Below, piece by piece: positions 20,101 to 30,423 of a DNA stretch of 64,000 bases. A program made the translations under genes and the position numbers. Position 1 is the stretch's first letter. Each line of letters starts with the position of its first letter. Location of the stretch: assembly GCA_963710755.1 (NCBI GenBank), contig CAVQBK010000005.1:64001-128000 (forward strand). Reading direction: 5' to 3'. The notes below the pieces were generated by a model, which did no database searches, was not told the DNA's origin, and saw only the letters and a program-made list of their open reading frames with translations. This stretch comes from an uncultured bacterium. GTDB lineage: Bacteria > Oederibacteriota > JAAXVQ01 > JAUVAV01.

Positions 20101-22682
20101 TCATGTACTCCTTTGATTTTAAGGTCACCAGTCCAGGCCCGCTTAGCCACTTCAAAATGCTCCATCCACACCAGCAGATTGAAGTCTCCCTGATCAAAGT
20201 CCAAGCCTGTCTCCAACACCGCATTGAACACGCCCTGTTTTTGGCGCAAACGAAATTCCTTGAGCCAGAACTGGTCACCGCTGGAGGAAAAATTAACCAC
20301 GCCGTCCCGCGCTTCCAAAGCACCCCAATGTACATTTGCCAGGGTCAAGGCCCCGGTGGATTTCAAACGCTTGGCGGGCCCGTTTAATTCCACTTGGCCG
20401 CGAAGACGTCCCGTAACGGAGGCCGCCTCCCGATAGCCTAGTAAACCGGCCAAATGATCAAGTCTCAAACCATTAAAGCGGGCGGCCACCGTCATGACGC
20501 GGCTGAATCCCATGTTCAAACTGCCGGTTAAATAAAGTTTTTTACCGTCAACCCATATATCCTTCAGCTCGATGCGATCTTTGGCGATGGACACTTTCCC
20601 GCGGGCATCGATAGCCGTATGGCCGATATAATGCAGCGCATCCGTATGAAACCGGCCTTGAAATACAGGCGAGGTCAACCGCCCGGTCCATTGCCCGTCA
20701 AAACTGATATGACCATTCAAATAGTTAAGGGCCGGCGGTAATACGGGAATAAGATTTAAAGGCAGACGATTGGCGTGGATATTGGCGGCAATCGTATCTT
20801 CCACCGGACCGGACCAAAACCCATCAGCTTTAACCAACCGTTTTTTGTTTTGTGAAAGCTCCAGTTGTTCAATTCTCCAGGAGGCATCGGGATGGCTGGC
20901 CACCACTTTGAGGGTGGCATTTTTGATGGGTCCCCAGTTGGTGGAGACCAGAAGAGCCATGTTTTTTTGCGTGGATGTAAAGGAACCATGCAGGCGTTTT
21001 AGAGTACTACCCCATAAGTCCACCTGCGTAGATTGCACCGTGGCGGTTAAGGTGGGGTCATTCAGGGACCCGTTCAATTTGACCAAGCCATTGACTTTTC
21101 CTTTGACGTGGGTCAGCCCGGCCCAACTCCCCAAATCAGTCAGCTCTAAATTCTGGGCTCGCCCTGTAAATTCTACCTGACCAGGATCATCTTGGCCTTC
21201 GGGAAGAATGATCTTGCCACTGCCCTCGATCCAACCCCGGGCTAGGACACCCTTGGCTTGGAGCAGGTTTAACTCGCCTGACTGATACTTGGATATACTT
21301 TCAAAATGACGAATTTTCACCTGGCCGATTTTGCCGGCATCCATCTTCAAATTCAACGTGGCGGCCACCTGCGGCAGTCTTCCGCTAATCCGCACTTGGG
21401 CTTGCGCAGCACCACTGGTGTTCAAACGCTGAAAACGGGGCAAGGACTTAGTCAAATCCGCCAGCTCTAATCGTTCACTTTTGACCTGTAAATCAAGCAT
21501 GGGATTTTGCAAATCCCGCAACCATCCACTTCCGGTCCAGGAGGTTTTACCCAACAGGGCCTGCACGTTTTTAAAATTCAGATCACGGTTATCAATTGCC
21601 ACCACGCCGTAGAGGTTGCGTATCATCTCTCCTGTTAAATTGGTTTTTACCGCAGCATCATACAATACTATCCGGCCTTTGAGTTCCGCTCCGGGAATCA
21701 AGTCCAGGGATCGTGGAGATCGGCTTCGGATTTTAAGATTCAAATCCGCCTCACCGGAGGCTAATTCAAAATCTTCGGAAACTTTAATGACCCGTTCGAT
21801 GGGACGCAGCTTCATTTTCATGGCCTCTAAATTGAGGCGGTAGACATTGGCTGTCAGATCCATAATCCCGGAAAGCTTAATATTTTGCCGGCGGTGCTCA
21901 TCGGTTTTACCGGAAAGATAAAGGCGCGCGGCCATGGGATCTTTTACATTGAGCATGCCCCGGATTTTCTTAATGCTGGTAGAGGCCTGCTGATTGAGCA
22001 GCCTCAATTCACCGTCGTAAAGCATGATTTTAATTTTGGGAAATGTAAAAGGCGCGGGTGCAGCCGGTCCGGCCACCAGGCGATGGGTGCGGGCAATTTG
22101 GAAAGAAGGCCCCTGCCATTTGCCTTCCGGGGAACGTTTGAATTCAATCAATGGTTTAATCAGTTGGATTTGATGCAGACTCTCGGCCAGGGGGCGTTTG
22201 CGCACCAGAATATCCCACAGCGAATATTGCACCACCACGCGGTCAATAGTAATCGCCAGCGAATCCTTTTGCTCCGGGCTGGAGATGGTAATGCCCTTTA
22301 AGACCACCCGGTCAAACAGGCCACCTTCAATTTTATCCACCGTGACGGTGCGGGACAACGCTTTGGACAATTCTACTTCCAACTGCGGTTTGAACCGTCT
22401 GGTTACTACGCCGCTGGAACTAAGAATCCATAAGCCAGCCACAATGCTCCCAATGATAAGACTGCTGATCATTAGGGCAAAGAGTGGATGGCGTGCTTTT
22501 TGTATTCTTTCGGGAGGCAATTGATGCGGCTGCCCTTGAGTACCCCGAGATGGGCTGGTCCTCGGGGTAGTGGCTTGGCCGCCCGATGTCACTGCTTGAG
22601 GGCGTTGCTTGTTTTTTCTTTTTAAGGATGGTCGTCGTGATTCGGCTTGCTTTTGCTCCCCTGGCCGGGGCTTTTTGGTCAT
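17145..22682 (-). CDS. tamB: TamB/AsmA-like (DUF490) envelope protein
   Basis: N-terminal TM anchor, long beta-taco-like repeats, C-terminal LSSDPEMTQAQIMSLL and VGKYLTDDLF; adjacent to bamA. Confidence 0.82.
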   Translation of the reverse strand: MTKKPRPGEQKQAESRRPSLKRKNKQRPQAVTSGGQATTPRTSPSRGTQGQPHQLPPERIQKARHPLFALMISSLIIGSIVAGLWILSSSGVVTRRFKPQLEVELSKALSRTVTVDKIEGGLFDRVVLKGITISSPEQKDSLAITIDRVVVQYSLWDILVRKRPLAESLHQIQLIKPLIEFKRSPEGKWQGPSFQIARTHRLVAGPAAPAPFTFPKIKIMLYDGELRLLNQQASTSIKKIRGMLNVKDPMAARLYLSGKTDEHRRQNIKLSGIMDLTANVYRLNLEAMKMKLRPIERVIKVSEDFELASGEADLNLKIRSRSPRSLDLIPGAELKGRIVLYDAAVKTNLTGEMIRNLYGVVAIDNRDLNFKNVQALLGKTSWTGSGWLRDLQNPMLDLQVKSERLELADLTKSLPRFQRLNTSGAAQAQVRISGRLPQVAATLNLKMDAGKIGQVKIRHFESISKYQSGELNLLQAKGVLARGWIEGSGKIILPEGQDDPGQVEFTGRAQNLELTDLGSWAGLTHVKGKVNGLVKLNGSLNDPTLTATVQSTQVDLWGSTLKRLHGSFTSTQKNMALLVSTNWGPIKNATLKVVASHPDASWRIEQLELSQNKKRLVKADGFWSGPVEDTIAANIHANRLPLNLIPVLPPALNYLNGHISFDGQWTGRLTSPVFQGRFHTDALHYIGHTAIDARGKVSIAKDRIELKDIWVDGKKLYLTGSLNMGFSRVMTVAARFNGLRLDHLAGLLGYREAASVTGRLRGQVELNGPAKRLKSTGALTLANVHWGALEARDGVVNFSSSGDQFWLKEFRLRQKQGVFNAVLETGLDFDQGDFNLLVWMEHFEVAKRAWTGDLKIKGVHEVVDGQPQHRGSITLNRFKMDGRNLDALAGRFQFGRQVLWLKDLNWGRSITMNGQVQTGPRKQGQLNFSLKKADLSTLRSLLAPGRPPLHQPVSGEGQVNWSAAQSTLSTTLTLDKSRQLSATMALEGLGSGQPIKFKGHVKTQAVPLAWLLDMLLAETYEKAPRGNLTSDLTFSGKSGRLQTLKGRVSADQFKHGSWNFTHLQADLNLEKNQLTINDLEGRQAQGSIKAVKLTCQRNPKDYWTVDSGFEADHFNFLSRKFNGHLAVTGNIKLKPVYDMTLEVASQDFGIDLQSFGLLKAIINYQDKQVRIRTTPDLSYHLEAALTAPPDGALIFNQLQLQHAGKVLISGKGRIDGQGTSDILFDINDVGADIIAKTLGWPQAWTGRAFGSVHYTDPSKIPHFEIAVKIENGSVIDLPFDIFSGKILIDHDWLYFKGPQEGCLLQRTGKYNLKLSGKIPLPQTAKAVKAMEGEEMDVQVTMPQGDLDFLRFIPYIASGSGKSALALTVKGTMDYPSLNGTIRIENGTVYPRYYAPKIDHLFADLQINDNKLVARRFEGKVGEGRLVISAGKTKKWLTEFRRLVPHELNLHLQSRDGRIKLDNTEDFEFVSALADVDLTITGTLENPVLGGDLALSDGQFTFPAIPLTPFAKNVKGGAVSYDHLKLTSLKNLWFYKDVVRAQLAPQQSVVLNGDKYQFRGDGHIVVARGSMIYLNNEFTLDPNEATELIFRGKDLPRLSALTKTTIRNVQIKDEGHSRDAIIYLRVEGQVGALKLKLSSDPEMTQAQIMSLLTLGEDYSNWSQAELEQKIQTAGARVLGRLAGNLIGREIEKSIKKITPLDLDVIDIRLGGMEKLAGSIMSGSNTTNASTGSGGGVTGTSLLQDTQIDVGKYLTDDLFLNYRGILKEREADQGNLTWQSYLGLEYNIDPSRKIKVYKNFDTDSDQELFWGIEGRVHFDSWAPKEHDGNRRQNPHSVNPTPTIIPLD

Positions 22683-22685
22683 GCG

Positions 22686-25118
22686 TTAGGTGGCCTCTAC
22701 TTTCACTTCAAACTTGAGCTCATCATTACCCACCAGGGCATCTACATGCTGGCCTTCTTTGAGTGATCCTTTTAAAATCAATTCGGCCAAGGGATCTTCC
22801 AAATAACGCTGAATGGCCCGTTTCAGTGGTCGCGCACCCATTTGGGGATTATAACCTTTTTCGATCAGAAAATCTTTGACCTCCGTGGTCAGACTCACGC
22901 TTAAATCCTTGTCTTTCAACCGGCTCATCACATTGCTGGCCAACAGTTCCACTATTTTTTCCAAATGTTCCTTGCGCAAGCTATGGAACACAATGACTTC
23001 ATCCACGCGGTTCAAGAACTCAGGATTAAATACTTTCTTCACCTCATTCATGACCCGGTCGCGGGTCAAATTATCCGCTTCCGAGGCGGAAGCCGCCTGA
23101 AATCCCAAAGCCCCGCCTTTATCCAACAGACGGGCGCCAATATTGCTGGTCATAATGACCACCGTATTTTTAAAATCAACCATGCGGCCGTTGTTGTCGG
23201 TCAAACGCCCGTCTTCCAGAACTTGCAACAAAATATTGAACACATCGGGATGAGCTTTTTCGATTTCATCAAACAAGATGACCGAATAAGGATTGCGCCG
23301 GACTTTTTCCGTTAATTGGCCGCCTTCGTCATGACCGATGTATCCCGGAGGCGCGCCCACCAGACGCGATACACTGAATTTTTCCATGTACTCGGACATG
23401 TCAATACGAATCAGCGTATTCTCGTCCTCAAACAAAAACGCCGCCAACGCCCTGGCCATTTCGGTTTTACCCACGCCCGTAGGCCCAAGAAAAATAAACG
23501 ATCCAATAGGACGTTTGGGATCCGCCACCCCTGCCCGGGATCGTCTGACTGAACGCGAGATGGCGCTGATGGCTTCTTCCTGGCCAATGATGCGGTGATG
23601 CAGTTCATCTTCCATACGCAACAATTTGGCCGACTCTTTTTCCTCCAGTTTAAAGACCGGTACACCGGTCCATTTGCTGATTATCTGTGCAATTTCTTCG
23701 GCCGTGACGGTTAGAGTCTGTTTGTTGCGTGATTGTTCCCATTGCCGTTTTCGTTCTTCTTTTTTCTTCTTTAATTCCTTAATTTCATCGCGCAGACTGG
23801 CTGCTTTTTCAAATTCCTGCATTTTAATAGCCGATTCTTTTTCTTTGCTAACACTGTCAATCTCCGTATCCAGTTCTTTTAAATCAGGAGGCAGAATGGC
23901 AGATTTAAGCCGGGCGCGGGCACCGGCTTCATCCATAACATCAATAGCCTTATCCGGCAGCAGCCGACCTGTTATATACCTTTCCGATAACTTGACCGCC
24001 GCTTCCAAAGCACCGTCCGTGTATTTCACATGATGGTGGCTTTCATAGCGGTCGCGCAATCCGGTTAATATTTGAATAGCCTCCTCCACACTGGGGGCTT
24101 CCACCTTAATGGATTGAAAACGCCGTTCCAAGGCGCCGTCTTTTTCAATATGTTTGCGGTATTCATCCATGGTGGTGGCGCCAATACACTGCACTTCTCC
24201 CCGTGCCAGCGCCGGTTTGAGCATATTGGACGCATCAATGGCACCTTCCGCCGCTCCGGCACCCACCAGCGTATGCAATTCATCGATAAACAAGATTACC
24301 GTGGCGCTGGCCGCTTTAATTTCCTGCATGACGGTTTTAAGGCGTTCTTCAAATTCACCGCGGTATTTGGTGCCTGCCACCACTGCGGCCAAATCCAGGG
24401 TTACGATCCGCTTGTTGTACAACAACTCAGGCACATTATTTGAAATAATTTTTTGGGCCAGGCCTTCGGCGATGGCCGTTTTGCCCACGCCCGGTTCACC
24501 GATAAGCACAGGATTATTTTTAGTGCGGCGGCAGAGGATCTGGATCACCCGGTCAATTTCATTTTCACGGCCAATCACCGGATCCAACTTTCCTTCCCGG
24601 GCCAGCTGGGTTAAATCCCGGCCAAAGGCATCAAGCGTAGGGGTATTGGTTTTGACCTGCCCCTGCATGTATTTGGGCAGGTTCCCGCCCAACAGATAAA
24701 TGGTCATCTCCCTGGCTTTTTCAATTCTAAGATTAAAATGTTCCAACACCTGGGCGGCGATACCATCCCCTTCCCGTATCAATCCCAGCAAAATGTGTTC
24801 CGTCCCAATATAGTTATGACCCAGGGCTTGGGCTTCTTCCAAAGCCAGCTCCAGAACCTTTTTAGCAGAGCTGGTAAACGGCACTTCCCCCAAAGTCAAG
24901 GTGCCGCCGCCCATGCTGATGGATTTTTCCACTTCCATTTTTAGCCGTTCCAAGTCAAGACCAAGGTTTTCAATCACCGCCGTGGCCACGCCACCGCCCT
25001 CCTTGATCAATCCCAACAGCAGATGTTCTGTTCCAATATAGTCATGTCCCAGACGAGCGGCTTCTTCTCTCGCCAAATTAATCACCTTTTTCGCTCGTTC
25101 CGTAAATTTATCAAACAT
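22686..25118 (-). CDS. clpC: ATP-dependent Clp protease ATPase ClpC
   Basis: Clp-N repeats, two Walker A motifs ([16 protein letters not shown]), UVR middle domain, LGF loop. Confidence 0.96.
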   Translation of the reverse strand: MFDKFTERAKKVINLAREEAARLGHDYIGTEHLLLGLIKEGGGVATAVIENLGLDLERLKMEVEKSISMGGGTLTLGEVPFTSSAKKVLELALEEAQALGHNYIGTEHILLGLIREGDGIAAQVLEHFNLRIEKAREMTIYLLGGNLPKYMQGQVKTNTPTLDAFGRDLTQLAREGKLDPVIGRENEIDRVIQILCRRTKNNPVLIGEPGVGKTAIAEGLAQKIISNNVPELLYNKRIVTLDLAAVVAGTKYRGEFEERLKTVMQEIKAASATVILFIDELHTLVGAGAAEGAIDASNMLKPALARGEVQCIGATTMDEYRKHIEKDGALERRFQSIKVEAPSVEEAIQILTGLRDRYESHHHVKYTDGALEAAVKLSERYITGRLLPDKAIDVMDEAGARARLKSAILPPDLKELDTEIDSVSKEKESAIKMQEFEKAASLRDEIKELKKKKEERKRQWEQSRNKQTLTVTAEEIAQIISKWTGVPVFKLEEKESAKLLRMEDELHHRIIGQEEAISAISRSVRRSRAGVADPKRPIGSFIFLGPTGVGKTEMARALAAFLFEDENTLIRIDMSEYMEKFSVSRLVGAPPGYIGHDEGGQLTEKVRRNPYSVILFDEIEKAHPDVFNILLQVLEDGRLTDNNGRMVDFKNTVVIMTSNIGARLLDKGGALGFQAASASEADNLTRDRVMNEVKKVFNPEFLNRVDEVIVFHSLRKEHLEKIVELLASNVMSRLKDKDLSVSLTTEVKDFLIEKGYNPQMGARPLKRAIQRYLEDPLAELILKGSLKEGQHVDALVGNDELKFEVKVEAT

Positions 25119-25220
25119 AATCAAAACCCTCCTCGGTGGAGTATCATTTTTAATACGCTTTCATTCCTCCCCGGCCCTTGCCCTGGGAGGAATGAAATTC
25201 AAAAAATTACGATTCATCTC

Positions 25221-26300
25221 TTATCGATTTATCCCGCATCTTGCTCCAGCGTCATTTAATTTTTTAATTTTCTTTTGCACCAGGGATGCACGATACTGCA
25301 ATTGCTCCTGTTCTTCCAAAACCCGCCCACGCAAGGATTGCAGGCTGGCCGGGCCGACTAATAATAACACTTCCAGGATCGCTTGACTAGTCATCCCCGC
25401 CAGCAAATTCATTTCTACACCCAGCATCAGTACTGAGAGCCAATCCAGAGCTTCCTGCGCCTCCATCAGCGAACAGGCCCTCACCAAGGCCAAGGTTCTT
25501 CCCACTTTATCCTCGAGCATAGCGAGGTTATTCTTTAACAACTCCTGGCGGCTTTTGGTCTCCCGCTCCGCGAGTTGTCCGGCCACACCGTTCAAATGGG
25601 CAATCAGTTCCTCTGCGCTTTTACCCAGGGTCACGCGGTTACTGATAATAATAAAGGGACTCTTCAGATGAAAGGGCTGGCCAAAAAAGTCCCGTACCGA
25701 CAATTCCATGTGATGAAGTGTATGCAGCAGAGGGGCTATTTCCTGGGTCATCATCAAAGCGGGAAGATGGAGCAAAACAGAGGCACGCAGGCCAGTACCA
25801 ACATTACCGGGAGAAGCTGTCAGATAACCCAGCTGCCGGTTTTGGGCCAGAACCTGTTCTCCTTCCAGACTCAGACCAATGGCCTTGGCTTGGGCCAGAG
25901 CAGTCTCAAGAGACAACCCGCCCGCGAGGACCTGTATACGTATATGATCCTCGTCATTGATCACCACCGATTGCGCACGACTACGGTCACTAAGCACCAC
26001 CACATCGGTTTTTGCGTTCATGCCACTGACCCTGAGAAGCCGTTGTTCCACTAAAAGTTGTTTCTCACGTTGGTCTAAAAACCGCAACCGTTTTTCTACA
26101 AAAGGCATCTTCCCTGAAAAGCGAATGCGTGGGCGTACGGCATTTACCACCGCTTCCCGCTCCCGGCCATTGGCACGTGCGGGAAAGGCCAAGCCCTCCA
26201 GGTTGCGCAGCAGCCGCACCCGGGAAGATACCACTACCTGCTCCGGGCCATTCTGTGTTTCCAACCACGCCGCTGTTTTGATTTTAGTTCTAAAATTCAT
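25221..26300 (-). CDS. mcsB: McsB protein-arginine-kinase homologue with a degenerate active site
   Basis: SSRVRLLRN, NDEDHIRIQ, GYLTASPGNVGTGLRAS, SNRVTLG; located between mcsA and clpC. Confidence 0.88.
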   Translation of the reverse strand: MNFRTKIKTAAWLETQNGPEQVVVSSRVRLLRNLEGLAFPARANGREREAVVNAVRPRIRFSGKMPFVEKRLRFLDQREKQLLVEQRLLRVSGMNAKTDVVVLSDRSRAQSVVINDEDHIRIQVLAGGLSLETALAQAKAIGLSLEGEQVLAQNRQLGYLTASPGNVGTGLRASVLLHLPALMMTQEIAPLLHTLHHMELSVRDFFGQPFHLKSPFIIISNRVTLGKSAEELIAHLNGVAGQLAERETKSRQELLKNNLAMLEDKVGRTLALVRACSLMEAQEALDWLSVLMLGVEMNLLAGMTSQAILEVLLLVGPASLQSLRGRVLEEQEQLQYRASLVQKKIKKLNDAGARCGINR

Positions 26301-26785
26301 CACGACTCCAACTTCCGTAATTGATCTCGTATAGTCGCCGCTTCCTCATAGCGTTCACGAGCAATGGCATCGGCTAAGGCCGCCTTTAACCTAGTCCCCT
26401 CCGGGAGCTGCTGTTGGTGCCGGAAATTTGTCAAGGCTTTATCATGCTGGTCAAGGTGATGAAACTGGCGCAACCATGGCGATAGAATTTCCCAAAAATG
26501 GTCGTAACAAACGCTGCATCCCAGTTGCCCCGTTTTTTTAAATTGAGCAAAGGTCAGGCCGCAATGGGGACAGGCACCCACAATCGCATCCGGCTTCTCT
26601 TTTGACTCCCCATGCGTAAGCGATGCCCACAATTTCTGAATTATCTTGGCGGATTTATTTAATACTTCCTGGAGATGTTTTTGTTGCGCGCAATTTTCAC
26701 ACAGGTGAACGCTGTGATGTTCTTCCTGATTAATCTCTATAAAAAAAACCGTTGCTTCCTCTTCCTTGCATATTTGGCATAACAT
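26300..26785 (-). CDS. mcsA: McsA activator (four CXXC motifs plus UVR domain)
   Basis: CQIC, CENC, CPHC, CSVC; ERYEEAATIRDQL. Confidence 0.92.
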   Translation of the reverse strand: MLCQICKEEEATVFFIEINQEEHHSVHLCENCAQQKHLQEVLNKSAKIIQKLWASLTHGESKEKPDAIVGACPHCGLTFAQFKKTGQLGCSVCYDHFWEILSPWLRQFHHLDQHDKALTNFRHQQQLPEGTRLKAALADAIARERYEEAATIRDQLRKLES

Positions 26786-26796
26786 TTCGATCACCC

Positions 26797-27474
26797 TCAT
26801 TCATCAATTTTGCCATCTTTCATGCTAATGATGCGATCGGCAAGATCAGCCAACTCAGGATTATGAGTCACTATTATAAGGGTTTGACCCCGTTTTTTGT
26901 TTAATGACAACAACAGGTCATGAATGTCTCTTGCTGTAGGCCCGTCCAGGTCTCCCGTCGGTTCATCAGCCAACAATAATTGTGGATCATTCAACAATGC
27001 CCTTGCGATGGCCACCCGTTGCTGCTCGCCTCCTGACAATTCACCGGGACGGTGATCCAGACGCTTGGCCAATCCAACTTCTTCCAACAAAGCCTTGGCC
27101 TTGTCCAGGCATTCGGTCTTGGGGCGTCCTCCAATTAATCCGGGCAGCGCCACATTTTCCTGAGCGGTGAATTCGGGCAGAAGCAAATGCAGTTGAAAAA
27201 CAAACCCCACCAATTGATTGCGCAGCCGTGCCAATAGCTCATCACCCTGGTGGCCCAATTCCTGGTTCTGAATTTTTACAGACCCCGAGGTGGGCGACAT
27301 TAAACCGCCGGCTATATTAAGCATGGTGGTTTTTCCGGCTCCCGAAGGGCCTACCACCGCCACCGCTTCCCCCTTGGTCACGGACAAATCAAGGTCTTTC
27401 AACACATGTAGGGCCTGACGGCCGACTTTGAATTCTTTATTGATCTTGGTTAACATTAAAATAGGTTCATTCAT
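26797..27474 (-). CDS. lolD: Lipoprotein-releasing ABC ATPase
   Basis: GPSGAGKT, LSGGEQQRVAIARAL, LADEPTGDLD. Confidence 0.9.
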   Translation of the reverse strand: MNEPILMLTKINKEFKVGRQALHVLKDLDLSVTKGEAVAVVGPSGAGKTTMLNIAGGLMSPTSGSVKIQNQELGHQGDELLARLRNQLVGFVFQLHLLLPEFTAQENVALPGLIGGRPKTECLDKAKALLEEVGLAKRLDHRPGELSGGEQQRVAIARALLNDPQLLLADEPTGDLDGPTARDIHDLLLSLNKKRGQTLIIVTHNPELADLADRIISMKDGKIDE

Positions 27475-28729
27475 AGCGTATCGCTTCTACGGGATCTAAT
27501 TTGGACGCTTGCCAAGCAGGATAAACCGTTGACAACAAACACACTGCAAACGTAATGGTGGCGATCATGATCACATCCTTGGGGTCCGTGGCCACCGGCA
27601 AAGTTTCAATATAGTAGACGCTGCCGCCCCCTGGAATTTTAAGCGGATAGAGTTTCAATAGCAGGCAGGTGATCAACCCGCCGGCCAAACCCAGGAGGGC
27701 GCCGCCTATACCAATAAGGCCACCTTCGAGCATGAAGAGGCGCCGGATGGAACGCTGATTTGCACCCATGGCCTTAAGGATACCTATATCCTTTTTCTTC
27801 TCCATCACGACCATTATTAAGGTAGAGGCAATGTTAAAAGCCGCCACCATGATGATCATAATCAAAATAATAAACATTACGATTTTTTCAGTGTGCAGGG
27901 CCGTGGCCAAATTCCGATTTAAGGCCATAAAATCCCGGGCCCAATAGCCAAAAGCGTGATCCTGCAATTCAGCCGCTACTTGACGGGCATTCTCCAGGTG
28001 GTCGACTTTAACGGCCATACCATTGACCGTATTGGGTTGTTCAAACAGCAGTTGAGAGGTGCTCAAAGAAACATAGGCAAAGGTAGCATCGTATTCGAAC
28101 ATCCCCATTTCAAAAATGCCGGTAACCTTCATGGTGGTCACTTTGGGAGTCATGCCAGCTGCGGTCATTTTGAACACCGGCGCCACCACGGTGATGGTAT
28201 CCCCCGCCAGAACCCCCAATTTCCTGGCAACTTCCGCGCCTAGAATGATACTACGTCCCCGCAGGGGATTGTCCGGGTATTGGGGCGGAGCGTTCAAACT
28301 GCTCAGCTTCCCCACTTTCATATGCTTGTTCAGTTCCGTGACCCGGGCTTCCTTGACTGGATCAATCCCCCAGAGCAACACGCCTTCCACATGATGACCA
28401 TTCTTCAGCATGACCTGATTGGCCAGATAGGGAGAAACCGCCACCACATGCTTGGTCTTGCGAACTTTGGTCAAAAGTTCCTGCCAATCCTTGATGCCGC
28501 CTTGATCATAACTGGCGATCATCACATGTGCTTGGGCGCCGATAATTTTTTCCTGAATATCCTTTCGAAAGCCATTCATAACGGACATGACCACAATCAG
28601 GGCCATGACCCCCAAGGCCACCCCGGCTATGGAAAGAATGGAAATAAGGGAGATAAAGCGCTCCTGACGCTTTGATTTTAAATAGCGTAATCCCACAAAC
28701 AATTCAAAGGGCAGTTTCACACCCGCCAC
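27467..28729 (-). CDS. lolE: Lipoprotein-releasing ABC permease (LolC/E family)
   Basis: FVGLRYLK, VMSVMNGF, EKKKDIGILKAMG, LDPVEAIRYE. Confidence 0.92.
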   Translation of the reverse strand: MAGVKLPFELFVGLRYLKSKRQERFISLISILSIAGVALGVMALIVVMSVMNGFRKDIQEKIIGAQAHVMIASYDQGGIKDWQELLTKVRKTKHVVAVSPYLANQVMLKNGHHVEGVLLWGIDPVKEARVTELNKHMKVGKLSSLNAPPQYPDNPLRGRSIILGAEVARKLGVLAGDTITVVAPVFKMTAAGMTPKVTTMKVTGIFEMGMFEYDATFAYVSLSTSQLLFEQPNTVNGMAVKVDHLENARQVAAELQDHAFGYWARDFMALNRNLATALHTEKIVMFIILIMIIMVAAFNIASTLIMVVMEKKKDIGILKAMGANQRSIRRLFMLEGGLIGIGGALLGLAGGLITCLLLKLYPLKIPGGGSVYYIETLPVATDPKDVIMIATITFAVCLLSTVYPAWQASKLDPVEAIRYE

Positions 28730-28759
28730 CTCACCGTGCGCTTATTTTGCAGGGCCTGC

Positions 28760-30274
28760 TTACTGGGCATGGTCGGCACTCTCTTCCTCATCCGTCTGCG
28801 GTAAAGATGTCAGCTGACGTAACTGGGGAAACAAAATGACATCGCGAATGGAAGCTGAATCAGTCAGCAACATGACCAGACGGTCAACACCAATGCCCAG
28901 CCCTCCGGCGGGCGGCATGCCGTATTCCATGGCGCGGATATAATCCTCGTCCATACGCTGGGCTTCATCATCACCCTGTTCCCGCTTTTTGAGCTGGTTC
29001 TCAAAACGCCGGCGCTGTTCCTGAGGATCATTCAGCTCGGAAAAACCATTGGCGTATTCATGGCCCGCGATATAAGGTTCGAAACGATCGGCCAGATGAG
29101 GCGCATCGGCTTTTTGTTTAGCCAGAGGCGACAGTTCAATGGGAAAATCCACCACAAAGGTAGGCTGGATCAGGTTGCTTTCAACCAATTCTTCAAACAG
29201 CAGTTCGATCAACTCCATTTTCCGGGCATGCTCGGGTATCTCCAGCTTATGGTTCCGGCACAATGTCCTTAGTGCCTCTTCATCCGCTTCCCAGGTGTTG
29301 AGGCCAACTGCTTCATTAACGGCTTCCACATAACCAAGCCGCTTCCAGGGCGGGGTAAGATCAATGGGTGTCCCTTGATACGTGATGTTTGTGGTTCCGT
29401 GAATGCGCTGGGCCAAATGGGCAATCAGGGACTCGGTGAGCTCCATCATGGCTTCACCGTCCACATAGGCTTGATAAATTTCGATCATGGTAAATTCCGG
29501 ATTATGCATGGTGCTGATGCCTTCGTTGCGGAAGTTACGATTGAGTTCAAAAACTTTTTCAAAGCCGCCGATCAACAGGCGTTTCAAATAAAGTTCAGGT
29601 GCAATGCGCATGTACAAATCCCGGGACAAGGCATTATGATGGGTCATAAAGGGCTTGGCCGCCGCACCGCCGGGAATAGGTTGCATCATGGGTGTTTCCA
29701 CTTCCATAAAGCCCCGTTGCTGCAGGTAATCACGGATTTCACGGATAATCTGAAAGCGGCTGCGGAAAGTTTTTTTGGAGTCCTCGTTGCTGAGCAAATC
29801 CAAATAACGCTGGCGGTAGCGGACTTCCACATCCTTAAGCCCGTGCCATTTTTCCGGCATGGGACGTACAGCCTTGGCCAACAGTTCGAAAGCTTCAACT
29901 TTGATGGTTAATTCCCCGGTTCTAGTTCTGAATACGGGCCCGGAAACACCGATAAAATCACCCACATCCAGGAGCTTAACCAGCTTGAATTGATCTTCCG
30001 TTAAATCATTAGCCCTAAAGTAAACCTGCAGTTTACCGCTGTCATCCAACATATGGGCAAAGACTGTTTTGCCATGCCCACGGTAAGCCAGCACCCGGCC
30101 GGCCACCGCAACTTTTTCATTCGAAAAGGTCTCTCCACTCAAGTCGGCAAATTTTTGGTTAACTTCCTGAGCGCTATTTTTCTGCGCATATTTATAAGCA
30201 TAGGGCACGATCCCCTGGTCACGCAGCCCCTGGATTTTTTCCAAACGCTGTTCGATAAGTTCTTTTTCCGACAC
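28760..30274 (-). CDS. lysS: Lysine--tRNA ligase (class II)
   Basis: YRQRYLDL, RIAPELYLKRL, FRNEG, GMPPAGGLGIGVDRL. Confidence 0.98.
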   Translation of the reverse strand: MSEKELIEQRLEKIQGLRDQGIVPYAYKYAQKNSAQEVNQKFADLSGETFSNEKVAVAGRVLAYRGHGKTVFAHMLDDSGKLQVYFRANDLTEDQFKLVKLLDVGDFIGVSGPVFRTRTGELTIKVEAFELLAKAVRPMPEKWHGLKDVEVRYRQRYLDLLSNEDSKKTFRSRFQIIREIRDYLQQRGFMEVETPMMQPIPGGAAAKPFMTHHNALSRDLYMRIAPELYLKRLLIGGFEKVFELNRNFRNEGISTMHNPEFTMIEIYQAYVDGEAMMELTESLIAHLAQRIHGTTNITYQGTPIDLTPPWKRLGYVEAVNEAVGLNTWEADEEALRTLCRNHKLEIPEHARKMELIELLFEELVESNLIQPTFVVDFPIELSPLAKQKADAPHLADRFEPYIAGHEYANGFSELNDPQEQRRRFENQLKKREQGDDEAQRMDEDYIRAMEYGMPPAGGLGIGVDRLVMLLTDSASIRDVILFPQLRQLTSLPQTDEEESADHAQ

Positions 30275-30372
30275 CTTGACTCTCCTTCGCTACTCTGATG
30301 CCAAGCCCTGGCGTGCCCCACACCGGGCTGCTCAGTATTCGTTCTTTTATCACCAATAAAAAAGAATGGCAT

Positions 30373-30402
30373 AGTCTAACAATCTTTACTTGATCCTGTC
30401 AA
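30373..30402 (-). promoter_or_regulatory. Promoter of the lysS-led operon
   Basis: TTGACA-18 bp-TAGACT with extended -10 TG. Confidence 0.6.
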
Positions 30403-30423
30403 TGATTGGCTTGACGGACGGAC

